A DNA stretch of 64,000 bases from Eubacteriales bacterium. GTDB taxonomy: Bacteria; Bacillota; Clostridia; Oscillospirales; JAAYXM01. The notes under the pieces are model-generated. The model was not told the DNA's origin and made no database searches. It worked only from the letters and a program-made list of their open reading frames with translations. The stretch is from contig JAZRUF010000005.1 in NCBI GenBank assembly GCA_045652405.1, forward strand, positions 421-64,420, written 5' to 3'. A program made the translations under genes and the position numbers. Positions within the stretch are counted from its first letter, which is position 1; each line of letters begins with the position of its first letter. Shown here piece by piece: positions 51,934 through 60,420 of this stretch.

Positions 51934-52767
51934 TCACATGCCCAAAAGCACATATTTTTCTATCGCCCGCGCGACACCGTCCTCGTCATTTGACGCGGTG
52001 AAGTATTTCGCCGCAGCCTTTGCCTCATCAGTCGCATTCTCCATTGCAACTGAATAACCTGCCCACTCGAGCATCTCAACATCATTTCCCGCATCACCGA
52101 TTGCCATAACTTCTTCCTGTTTTATATTTAAAGCTTCGCAAAGCTTACGAAGACCTACTCCCTTGTTTGTCTCAGATGAGTTTATCTCAAAATTCCCGGG
52201 CATTGAACATGTTATTTTAAGCTCGGGATTTGATGAAAATTTTTCATACATCCTGTCATACTTACCCTCAGGTACGCAAAGCACGTGAAATTTCTCTATA
52301 CTGTTTCCTGATAAACGCTCAAACAATCCATCGACAGGCGTTATATACTGGCGCAAATCCAAAGCAAAATCCTCGGGAGCCAGCGGACTATTAAAGTTTT
52401 TTAGTCTGTCGCTTTCAATAAGGCTCTGCCCTTTAAAGTAAACCTCAAACTGCGCATCCTCATAAATAAGTTCCTTATATATCGGAGCCCATATCTCCTC
52501 TTTTATTCCGTCAGAAAAAATAATATCTTTGCTTTTTAAATCCATAGCAGTAGCACCATTTGCCATAATCGCATGGGTAGCGCAGGTAACCTGCTTTAAT
52601 ATCCCGGTGAGCACCGCGTATGTTCGTCCGGTTGAAATAACCACATTTACCCCTAAAGCGGCTGCAGCTTCAAGTGCCCTAATGTTTTCGTGGGACACCG
52701 TGCTGTGATCAGGCATAAGCAATGTGCCGTCTAAATCCAGTGCTATGAGCTTAATTTTTCCCATCAA
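51934..52767 (-). CDS. Cof-type HAD-IIB family hydrolase
   Basis: Motif I LIALDLDGTLL, motif II STGR and motif IV GDAGNDVEM. Confidence 0.85.
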   Translation of the reverse strand: MMGKIKLIALDLDGTLLMPDHSTVSHENIRALEAAAALGVNVVISTGRTYAVLTGILKQVTCATHAIMANGATAMDLKSKDIIFSDGIKEEIWAPIYKELIYEDAQFEVYFKGQSLIESDRLKNFNSPLAPEDFALDLRQYITPVDGLFERLSGNSIEKFHVLCVPEGKYDRMYEKFSSNPELKITCSMPGNFEINSSETNKGVGLRKLCEALNIKQEEVMAIGDAGNDVEMLEWAGYSVAMENATDEAKAAAKYFTASNDEDGVARAIEKYVLLGM

Positions 52768-53378
52768 TCATTTTCCTCCGTATCATCCTTTGCAAACAGA
52801 CATCCGCAATAGTCCTGCCTATACAGGTCATACATCTGTGAAAGTGCAATCGACCTCTTATACCCCTCTTTTTTCTTAAAATCACTGTAAAGGTATTTCA
52901 CTTTATGCTTTTCCTCTAACTCTCTGCCGATTTGATTTATATATTCGGCATTTTTATGCGGACTTACAGACAGCGTAGTTGCAAAATACTCGCATCCCAA
53001 TTCAAGTGCTTTCAAAGCCGTACTCTCCATACGCATGCGTATGCATTCCCTGCACCTTATACCGCCCTCAGGGGCATTCTCCATGCCGTGCACTACGCGT
53101 CTGAACTCATCATTATCATACTCACCGCTTATAAGTTTAATACCTTCTGCAAAACTTGCCTGTAAAAGAAGACGCTTTTGTTCCTCAAGCCGTTTTACAT
53201 ACTCATCCTCAGGCTCAATATTCGGATTGTAATAATAAATTATGAGCTCAAAATTCTTCATCAAACGCTCAATGACCGCACTGCTACACGGTGCACAGCA
53301 GCTGTGAAGCATAAGCTTGGGTCGGCAGTCAAGCCCCTTTATTATTTTTTCCATCTCAATCTGATAGTTAATTTTCAT
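52764..53378 (-). CDS. queH: Epoxyqueuosine reductase QueH (DUF208)
   Basis: LMLHSCCAPCSS, NPNI.P..EY and the C-terminal YRQDYCGC motif. The ATG at 53378 is 5 nt after GGTGG. The track extension overlaps the upstream terminator. Confidence 0.85.
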   Translation of the reverse strand: MKINYQIEMEKIIKGLDCRPKLMLHSCCAPCSSAVIERLMKNFELIIYYYNPNIEPEDEYVKRLEEQKRLLLQASFAEGIKLISGEYDNDEFRRVVHGMENAPEGGIRCRECIRMRMESTALKALELGCEYFATTLSVSPHKNAEYINQIGRELEEKHKVKYLYSDFKKKEGYKRSIALSQMYDLYRQDYCGCLFAKDDTEEND

Positions 53379-53394
53379 TTTTACCACCAAACAA

Positions 53395-53436
53395 CTCAAA
53401 AAGGCGCGCTGTAAATCACTTCGCAACAGCGCGCCT
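53395..53436 (-). terminator. Rho-independent terminator after the ynbB-like gene
   Basis: GC-rich 10-bp stem, aggcgcgctg (53402-53411) pairing with cagcgcgcct (53427-53436). The minus-strand RNA continues UUUUUGAG. Confidence 0.75.
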
Positions 53437-53444
53437 CTATTTAT

Positions 53445-54680
53445 TTACAGCATTTCCTCAATTGCCCGCAGTACACCGGCTTTTCCACTCTCATAAGTAA
53501 GTCCGCCCTGCAGATATACCATATACGGCTCACGCATCGGAGCATCGGCAGAAAGCTCAATGGATGCCCCCTGAACAAACGCGCCCGCCGCCATAATAAC
53601 ATCGCAGTCATATCCGGGCATCGCCCAAGGCTCCGGAGTTACAAACGAGTCAACCGGGGCACCTGCCTGGATTCCCTTGCAGAAAGCACATACGCGTTCA
53701 GGTGCTCCAAGCTCTATCGTCTGTATAATATCATGGCGTATATCGTCTGCAAGCGGTGATACTTTAAAGCCCAGCTCACCAAGAGCTGCCGCACAAAAAG
53801 CTGCGGTTTTAAGTGCCTGTGCCACAACATGCGGCGCAAAAAAGAACCCCTGATACAATGCACGGTTTGCACCGATTGTACTGCCGCATTCACGTCCTAT
53901 TCCGGGTGACGTAAGTCTCGCCGCAGCAGCCTCAACGCACTCATGCCTTCCGGCAATATATCCGCCCGTAGGCGCAAGACCGCCACCGGGATTTTTTATA
54001 AGTGAACCCGCAATAAGGTCAGCCCCTACCTGAGTGGGTTCAATCTCTTCTACAAATTCTCCGTAGCAGTTATCCACAATAACCCAGACCTCGGGTCTTA
54101 TGCTTTTTATTTTTTCAATCATCTTCCCTATCTGCTCAACAGACAGCGCAGCACGCGTTGAATATCCGCGTGAGCGTTGGATGAGAACCGCTTTAATACT
54201 TTTATCTTCAAGCGCCTTTTCAATGCCCGAAATTTCCGGGTCAAACGGCAACTCACTATACCCAATACCATACTCTTTGAGAGAACCCGAGCAGTTGCCG
54301 GAAATTCCTATAACGCTCTGCAGAGTGTCATACGGTGCACCGGTAACCGAAAGCAAAGTATCCCCCGGGCGCAATGCCCCAAAAAGAGCACATGCAATGG
54401 TATGCGTACCGTTTACAAACTGTATGCGCACAAGTGCATCCTCAGCACCAAACACATCCGCATAAATTTTATCCAGAGTATCTCTTCCCTGGTCATCGTA
54501 TCCATAACCGTTAGTTCCTGCAAACATAGCCTCAGATACACGCGCACGCCGGAACGCTTCAAGTACCTTTACCGAGTTCTTATGCGCTACCTCATCTATA
54601 CGCGCGAAGCTCCGGCTACACGCAGCTTCCGCGCGTGCAGCCAGAGCTAAAATGTCATAATTACTATGCATTTTCCGCAT
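53445..54680 (-). CDS. YnbB/aluminium-resistance family PLP-dependent enzyme (Cys/Met metabolism fold)
   Basis: KVLEAFRRARVSE..F.GTNGYGYDDQGRDTLDKIYADVFGAEDALVR is the conserved N-terminal block of the Met_gamma_lyase/YnbB family. The start is ATG 54680 or 54671, both just after GAGGAGGA. The 49-codon track extension lies inside the upstream gene. Confidence 0.75.
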   Translation of the reverse strand: MRKMHSNYDILALAARAEAACSRSFARIDEVAHKNSVKVLEAFRRARVSEAMFAGTNGYGYDDQGRDTLDKIYADVFGAEDALVRIQFVNGTHTIACALFGALRPGDTLLSVTGAPYDTLQSVIGISGNCSGSLKEYGIGYSELPFDPEISGIEKALEDKSIKAVLIQRSRGYSTRAALSVEQIGKMIEKIKSIRPEVWVIVDNCYGEFVEEIEPTQVGADLIAGSLIKNPGGGLAPTGGYIAGRHECVEAAAARLTSPGIGRECGSTIGANRALYQGFFFAPHVVAQALKTAAFCAAALGELGFKVSPLADDIRHDIIQTIELGAPERVCAFCKGIQAGAPVDSFVTPEPWAMPGYDCDVIMAAGAFVQGASIELSADAPMREPYMVYLQGGLTYESGKAGVLRAIEEML

Positions 54681-55389
54681 TGTCCTCCTCACCCGTCTGC
54701 TCACGGATAATACCCATCGGTGTCTGCTGAGCACTCTGTCCCAACGGATTGTCCTTAAGCATACGTGCGATTTTTTCTCTGTCCATGTCATCATGTGAAA
54801 TACCGAGGATTTTACCCGCAAGGTCATTTACGTCAACAATTGCAACGCGCTGACCGACACGTTCTGAAACTTCACGCGCAACTTTGTCCGGATTCTCAGG
54901 TCCGAGGACTACGCATTTATTATACGGCGGGAGTGTATACGGAGTAGGTCCGTCAATAGATTCCGCGCGGTATCCTGCAACCTTGTAGAACCATCCGCGG
55001 CGGTGGAAAAGCTTGCCTATTGCACTTACGAAAGCAGCAAAAAGCATACGTGCGGTTCCGCACTCGCGCAACGCCATCTCCATTGTCTCCGGGATTCCTA
55101 ACCCGATACCGTAAGGTGATTTATAAACAAACTTGCACAAAAGCTTTGCCAGCGGACGCGGATTAATTTCACTAAGCGGTACTGCGCGTCTTTGAGAGCA
55201 CGCGACGCACTTTTCTGATATAAACAAAATATCTCCGTCCTGCAAATGCTCTTTTGCATACTTCTCCGCTACATCCGGAATCTTATCTTCAGCGGTTACA
55301 ACATGCGTCTTTATAGGCATACGCAAATAGTTTTTGCCATCCACCTCAATTATAAGGTTCTTTCCTTCGTTCGACTGCAACTCCGACAT
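54664..55389 (-). CDS. CofE-like (F420-0:gamma-glutamyl ligase fold, PF01996-type) protein
   Basis: GDILFISEKCVACSQRRAVPLSEINP, IDGPT....LPP..P, VAIVDVND and LGQSAQQTPMGIIR are colinear with archaeal CofE blocks. The ATG at 55389 is 8 nt after GGGGG. Confidence 0.6.
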   Translation of the reverse strand: MSELQSNEGKNLIIEVDGKNYLRMPIKTHVVTAEDKIPDVAEKYAKEHLQDGDILFISEKCVACSQRRAVPLSEINPRPLAKLLCKFVYKSPYGIGLGIPETMEMALRECGTARMLFAAFVSAIGKLFHRRGWFYKVAGYRAESIDGPTPYTLPPYNKCVVLGPENPDKVAREVSERVGQRVAIVDVNDLAGKILGISHDDMDREKIARMLKDNPLGQSAQQTPMGIIREQTGEEDNAENA

Positions 55390-55439
55390 TGTTTTGACCC
55401 CCAATAATAAAATCTTCTTAAAGTGATTATTTTAAACGC

Positions 55440-56018
55440 TTATTGTTCTTTGGCATTCTCGCCCATTGTAAATGCCTTTTTGTTAAGCTCCAAGAACTTA
55501 GCCGGCACGGTTTCAATAAGAGCCTGCTGCCAAGCCTCATCGGAGAAACCTATAATTTTAGACGCAGCACCCATGAGAACAACGTTTGCTGCCTTAACGT
55601 TTCCTGCCTCAACTGCAATCGAGAGTGCATCAACCGCAACCGACTTCGCACCCGTCTTTGCTATTTTTTCCGCAATGCCTTCGGGATATTTAACCGCACC
55701 GGTAATTACCGGCATCGGCATTATCTCCTGCGTTGAATATACGACCGCTCCGCCGGGCTTTAAGTAATGCACCCAACGCAGCGCCTCAAGCTGCTCAAAT
55801 GCAATAATAAGGTCCGCCTCGCCAACCGGGATAATCGGAGATGCAATAGACTCACCTGCGCGCACATAAGTTATAACGCTTCCGCCGCGCTGTGACATAC
55901 CGTGCACTTCGCTTACTTTTACCTCCATACCCTGGTTGCGGTACAGTGTACCCAAAATACGGCTTGCCAGCAAAGAGCCCTGACCGCCGACACCTACAAT
56001 CAAAATATTATGGCTCAT
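55440..56018 (-). CDS. iorB: Indolepyruvate:ferredoxin oxidoreductase subunit beta
   Basis: NILIVGVGGQGSLLASRILG, of the pyruvate/ketoisovalerate oxidoreductase gamma-type family, directly downstream of iorA. Confidence 0.85.
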   Translation of the reverse strand: MSHNILIVGVGGQGSLLASRILGTLYRNQGMEVKVSEVHGMSQRGGSVITYVRAGESIASPIIPVGEADLIIAFEQLEALRWVHYLKPGGAVVYSTQEIMPMPVITGAVKYPEGIAEKIAKTGAKSVAVDALSIAVEAGNVKAANVVLMGAASKIIGFSDEAWQQALIETVPAKFLELNKKAFTMGENAKEQ

Positions 56019-56047
56019 TAGTAACGCCTCACTTCATCTTAATCTAT

Positions 56048-57778
56048 TTATTGTTTTTCCAAACAATTTTTCGGGCACAAATCTGCGCACAACCCACAGC
56101 CGACGCACAGCGATGCATCAACAACCGCCTTACCGTCAACCATAGCAATTGCTGGGCAGCCTATGCGCTGGCACGCTTTGCAGCCTATGCAAGCATCTGC
56201 ATTTACAACATACGGTGCCTCACGTTTTACATACTTAAGCAGTGCACACGGACGGCGCGCGATAACAACCGACGGCTCCTCTGCGCTCAGCTCTTCTTTT
56301 ATCACCGCTTCACATTCCTTCATGTTGTACGGGTCAACCACACGCACACGCGCTACGCCGACAGCGCGGCATACCGCTTCAATATCAAGCTTCGGTGCCG
56401 GTTTATTTTTAAGAGTAAGTCCGGTAGCCGGATTCTGCTGATGTCCTGTCATTCCGGTTATTGAGTTATCAAGGATAATAACCGTTGACGGGCTCTGATT
56501 GTAAACAATATTGATAAGTCCGGTAATACCTGAATGCATAAACGTAGAGTCACCGATTACAGCTACGCTCTTCTTTGCAAAATCAGCATCATTTACCATG
56601 TTCATACCGTGCAGACCACTCACGGAAGCGCCCATGCACAATGTAACGTCCACAGCTTCAAGCGGTGGCTGAGCACCCAGCGTATAGCATCCGATGTCTC
56701 CCGAAACCACCAGCTTAAGCTTATGTAACACATAGAACAGACCTCTGTGCGGGCAACCCGGGCAAAGAACCGGAGGACGCACAGGGGTATTCTCCTCATT
56801 GCCCTTAGGCATTGCAGTACCGAGTATTTTATTTCTGAGAAGTTCAGGGCTGTACTCACCAATTTTTCCGAACATCTCTTTTCCAAGCACCTCTATGCCA
56901 TGCTTTTTGCAATGAGTTTCAAATATATCATCAAGCTCCTCTATGACGTAAAGCTTGTCCACCTTACTTGCAAACTCCTCAATAAGCTTTACCGGAAGAG
57001 GATAAACCATTCCAAGTTTTAAATAAGATGCTTTATTTCCAAAAGCCTCCTTTGCATACTGATATGCAATACCGGAAGCAATAATTCCGATTGATGTATC
57101 GTTAATCTCCACCTTGTTAAGTTCAAAGGTCTCTGCAAGTGCGCGAAGCTTAAGCTCTCGTTCCTCAACAACCACGTGGCGAAGCTTTGCCTTTGCAGGC
57201 ATCATAACATACTTGGATATATTTTTCTCATAAGGCTTGAGCTCAACCTCACGTCTTGCTTCAAGTGATACCTCACTCTGTGAGTGTGACACGCGCGTGG
57301 ACAGGCGCAGATATACCGGTGTATCATATTCCTCCGAAATCTCATATGCAATTTTTGCAAAATCCTTGCACTCCTGAGAGTCCGCCGGCTCAAGCATCGG
57401 CATTTTGGATGCGCGTGCATAATGACGGCTGTCCTGCTCATTCTGTGAGGAATGCATTCCCATATCATCGGCAACTGCAATAACCACACCGCCGTTTACT
57501 CCTGTATAACTTGCCGTAAATAGCGGGTCTGCTGCCACATTAAGACCTACATGCTTCATAGCAGCAAATGAACGTCCTCCGCCAATGGACGCGCCGATAG
57601 CCGCCTCAACAGCCACCTTCTCATTAGGTGCCCACTCCGCATACATTTCCTCATAATCCGCCGCGCACTCGGTAATCTCCGTACTCGGGGTTCCCGGATA
57701 GCTGGAAATAAAGCGGCATCCGGCTTCATATAAACCTCTGGCAACCGCGGCATTGCCAAGCATCATTTTCTTTTCCAT
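56048..57778 (-). CDS. iorA: Indolepyruvate:ferredoxin oxidoreductase subunit alpha
   Basis: MEKKMMLGNAAVARGLYEAG N-terminus, a TPP-binding GDSTFMHSG motif and two C-terminal ferredoxin motifs (CIGCKACQRIGCP, CVGCGLCADLCP). The start is chosen at ATG 57778 by N-terminal similarity. Confidence 0.88.
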   Translation of the reverse strand: MEKKMMLGNAAVARGLYEAGCRFISSYPGTPSTEITECAADYEEMYAEWAPNEKVAVEAAIGASIGGGRSFAAMKHVGLNVAADPLFTASYTGVNGGVVIAVADDMGMHSSQNEQDSRHYARASKMPMLEPADSQECKDFAKIAYEISEEYDTPVYLRLSTRVSHSQSEVSLEARREVELKPYEKNISKYVMMPAKAKLRHVVVEERELKLRALAETFELNKVEINDTSIGIIASGIAYQYAKEAFGNKASYLKLGMVYPLPVKLIEEFASKVDKLYVIEELDDIFETHCKKHGIEVLGKEMFGKIGEYSPELLRNKILGTAMPKGNEENTPVRPPVLCPGCPHRGLFYVLHKLKLVVSGDIGCYTLGAQPPLEAVDVTLCMGASVSGLHGMNMVNDADFAKKSVAVIGDSTFMHSGITGLINIVYNQSPSTVIILDNSITGMTGHQQNPATGLTLKNKPAPKLDIEAVCRAVGVARVRVVDPYNMKECEAVIKEELSAEEPSVVIARRPCALLKYVKREAPYVVNADACIGCKACQRIGCPAIAMVDGKAVVDASLCVGCGLCADLCPKNCLEKQ

Positions 57779-57977
57779 CTCAGCTTTATTGCTCCTTTCG
57801 CTCCATATAAAATCAATAGCGCGCGCCATCTGCCTTTATTTAAGACTGACAGCGCCGCATTGGAAGCTTTGTATTAAAACACATATTGCTACATCTAATA
57901 TATTAACCCATTTCTTCTGATTTGTAAATGTTTTTTCTATATATTTCCGCAAAAAACGTCCTTTTAAAACACACAAA

Positions 57978-58544
57978 CTAAAATGAATATTTTTCAAAGC
58001 TCACGGTCTCTTCAAGACTGCGGCGGCTCTTTTCGCGTGGCTCATCCTTTTCAGGGTATCCGACCGCCAAAATAAGCCTTACCTTGAGCCCCTCGGGTAT
58101 CCCAAGAATCTCTTTAACCTTTTCCTCTTTAAACCAGCCCATAATGCATGTACCCAACCCCTGCTCGGTTGCCGCCAAACAGAAATTCTCAACCGAAAGG
58201 CCCAAGTCCATCTGTGCATATTTCTGCTCATTAACTTTATCACGAAGCTTTGCTGAAAGCTGTACCGCGCTCTCAATAACCGCAACAAACACCGGCACTT
58301 TTTTTGCAAAACGATTTATCGGTAGTATACCGTCATATACACACCCGACCATCTTTTCTACCTTCTCCGCATCCGTCACCGCGACATACCTCCACGGCTG
58401 ACTGTTACAGGCGGAAGGTGCCATGCGCGCAGCCTCGAAGCATCTGAGCAGTTTATCTTTTTCCACCGTCTTATCAAGATAAGCGCGGCAGCTTTCTCTT
58501 CTCCTTGCAAGCTCTAAAAAGTCCATCTTCTCTTCCTCCGTCAA
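57978..58544 (-). CDS. Nitroreductase family protein
   Basis: RRESCRAY......L..C.EAARMAPSACNSQPWRYV is the classic nitroreductase N-terminal motif. Confidence 0.8.
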   Translation of the reverse strand: MTEEEKMDFLELARRRESCRAYLDKTVEKDKLLRCFEAARMAPSACNSQPWRYVAVTDAEKVEKMVGCVYDGILPINRFAKKVPVFVAVIESAVQLSAKLRDKVNEQKYAQMDLGLSVENFCLAATEQGLGTCIMGWFKEEKVKEILGIPEGLKVRLILAVGYPEKDEPREKSRRSLEETVSFEKYSF

Positions 58545-58555
58545 ATATAATTAAT

Positions 58556-58600
58556 GTCAAAAAGGCCGGAGTCTAAAAATAAAACTCCAACCTTTTTATA
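58556..58600 (-). terminator. Rho-independent terminator after mreB
   Basis: Stem 58560-58572 pairs with 58584-58596. The two plus-strand C-A mismatches are G-U wobbles on the minus-strand RNA. A U-run follows. Confidence 0.65.
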
Positions 58601-58608
58601 CTCATATT

Positions 58609-59643
58609 TTATGAAAACATCTGTTTTCTGCGGGATAAGTTCATCGTACCGTCCTGCATGGATGATAAATCGTCCAAAAGCTTTCCGGTACCGTAAGCTA
58701 CGCAGGAAACCGCCTCGTCCGCAACGCGCGTATCAATGCCGGTCTTTGACTGAATAAGCTGGTCAAATCCCCATACCAGTGAACCGCCGCCGGTCATAAC
58801 TATGCCGTTTGTGGAAATATCGCCCACAAGCTCCGGCGGAGTGCGCTCAAGCACCGAATGAATAGCCTCAACAACGCGGGTAGCCGGCTCGTCAAGTGCT
58901 TCAAGTATCTCACTTGAGGTAACCGTAAATATACGCGGAAGACCCGTCATAAGGCAGCGGCCCTTAATCTCCATTGAAATTTCCTCAGGGCGCGGATAAA
59001 CGCATCCGATATTTATCTTAAGCTCTTCTGCTGTACGCTCGCCAATCAAAACATTGTGCTTGCGGCGTATGTATTTGACGATATACTCATCAAACTGATC
59101 GCCTGCAATTTTAATAGAGGTGGACTCAACAATGCTTGAGAGTGAAATAACCGCAATATCCGCAGTACCGCCGCCGATATCGATTACCATGTTACCCTCT
59201 GCCTTGTCAATATCCAAGCCTGCTCCTATTGCCGCCGCAATCGGCTCTTCAATAAGATATACACTGCGCGCACCGGACTGACGGCCTGCATCAATTACCG
59301 CACGCTCCTCAACCTCAGTAATACCACTGGGAACGCAGATTACAAGACGCGGCTTCATAAGGCTAAAGCCACCCATTACGCGCTTGATAAACTCTTTTAT
59401 CATCTTCTGCGTCATTTCATAGTCGGAAATAACGCCGCCGCGCAGCGGACGGATCGCAATTATATTACCCGGTGTACGTCCAAGCATTTTCTGCGCGTCC
59501 ATACCTACCTTAATTACCTTTTCGGTAGTCTTATCGACTGCTACAACCGACGGCTCACGCAAAACTATTCCCTTTCCCTTTACAAACACCAGTATTGACG
59601 CTGTTCCGAGATCTATTCCTATATCTCTGCTCAAGCTAAACAT
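58609..59643 (-). CDS. mreB: Rod shape-determining protein MreB (actin homologue)
   Basis: DIGIDLGTASILVFVKGKGIVLREPSVVA, DIGGGTADIAV and MTGGGS are the actin-fold phosphate and adenosine motifs. Confidence 0.93.
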   Translation of the reverse strand: MFSLSRDIGIDLGTASILVFVKGKGIVLREPSVVAVDKTTEKVIKVGMDAQKMLGRTPGNIIAIRPLRGGVISDYEMTQKMIKEFIKRVMGGFSLMKPRLVICVPSGITEVEERAVIDAGRQSGARSVYLIEEPIAAAIGAGLDIDKAEGNMVIDIGGGTADIAVISLSSIVESTSIKIAGDQFDEYIVKYIRRKHNVLIGERTAEELKINIGCVYPRPEEISMEIKGRCLMTGLPRIFTVTSSEILEALDEPATRVVEAIHSVLERTPPELVGDISTNGIVMTGGGSLVWGFDQLIQSKTGIDTRVADEAVSCVAYGTGKLLDDLSSMQDGTMNLSRRKQMFS

Positions 59644-59702
59644 CTCTTCACCTCATATATTTATAAATGTCAGAATTTTCATAATTCCATTTTCACTCTT
59701 TT

Positions 59703-59730
59703 ATTATACCCTATATTTATAATTTTTCAA
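59703..59730 (-). promoter_or_regulatory. Sigma-A-type promoter for mreB
   Basis: Minus strand: TTGAAA (59730-59725), a 16-nt spacer, TATAAT (59708-59703), about 55 nt upstream of the ATG. Confidence 0.55.
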
Positions 59731-59742
59731 TTGTTTTTTTAA

Positions 59743-60390
59743 TTAAAGTCTGGTTTTTGCCAAAGTAATTCCATAAACCTTGGCAGCACCCGCAGTTTTA
59801 AGTATGCGAGCACATTCAGAAATCGTAGAACCCGTAGTTGAAATGTCATCCACAAGCAGTATGCTCCTGCCAATTACGCTTACGTCTTTAACCTCAAACG
59901 CGCCTATAATATTGGCTATGCGCTGCTCCCTAGTGGTTTGACGCGACTGGGGCTTGGCCTCAAGCCTCTTCTTTATAAGCTTTTGCGCCGGCATGTCCAA
60001 AAGCTTGCCCAACTCCTCCGCAAGCACCTGCGCCTGGTCATATCCACGCTTTCGCAGACGAAGCTTGCTCGTCGGCACCCATGTTATACAATCATACTTG
60101 CCAGAAAGATTTTCTTCTATACAGGGTTTTAAAATTTTTGCAAATTCAAGCGCACTGCACTTTATTCCGCCGAACTTGTACCTCAAAACCGCACTTCTGA
60201 CATATCCCTCGTAATACAGGGGTGCATACAGCTCATCTATAAAAGGAACCCCTTCTTTTATATGAGGATTTTTTCTTCTCGGCAACCTCTTTTCGCACTC
60301 TGCGCATACTCCGTCCTTCTCAAGAACCCTTCTGCAGAAAATACACTTTGGAGGAAACAAAAACGACAAAACACGTTCTTTAAACTTCAC
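59743..60390 (-). CDS. comF: ComF family protein (phosphoribosyltransferase domain with N-terminal zinc ribbon)
   Basis: N-terminal CIFC...CAEC zinc ribbon and a C-terminal PRPP loop ILLVDDISTTGST. Confidence 0.8.
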   Translation of the reverse strand: MKFKERVLSFLFPPKCIFCRRVLEKDGVCAECEKRLPRRKNPHIKEGVPFIDELYAPLYYEGYVRSAVLRYKFGGIKCSALEFAKILKPCIEENLSGKYDCITWVPTSKLRLRKRGYDQAQVLAEELGKLLDMPAQKLIKKRLEAKPQSRQTTREQRIANIIGAFEVKDVSVIGRSILLVDDISTTGSTISECARILKTAGAAKVYGITLAKTRL

Positions 60391-60420
60391 TTTATTCTCT
60401 CCTCTTTATATACATAAGAC

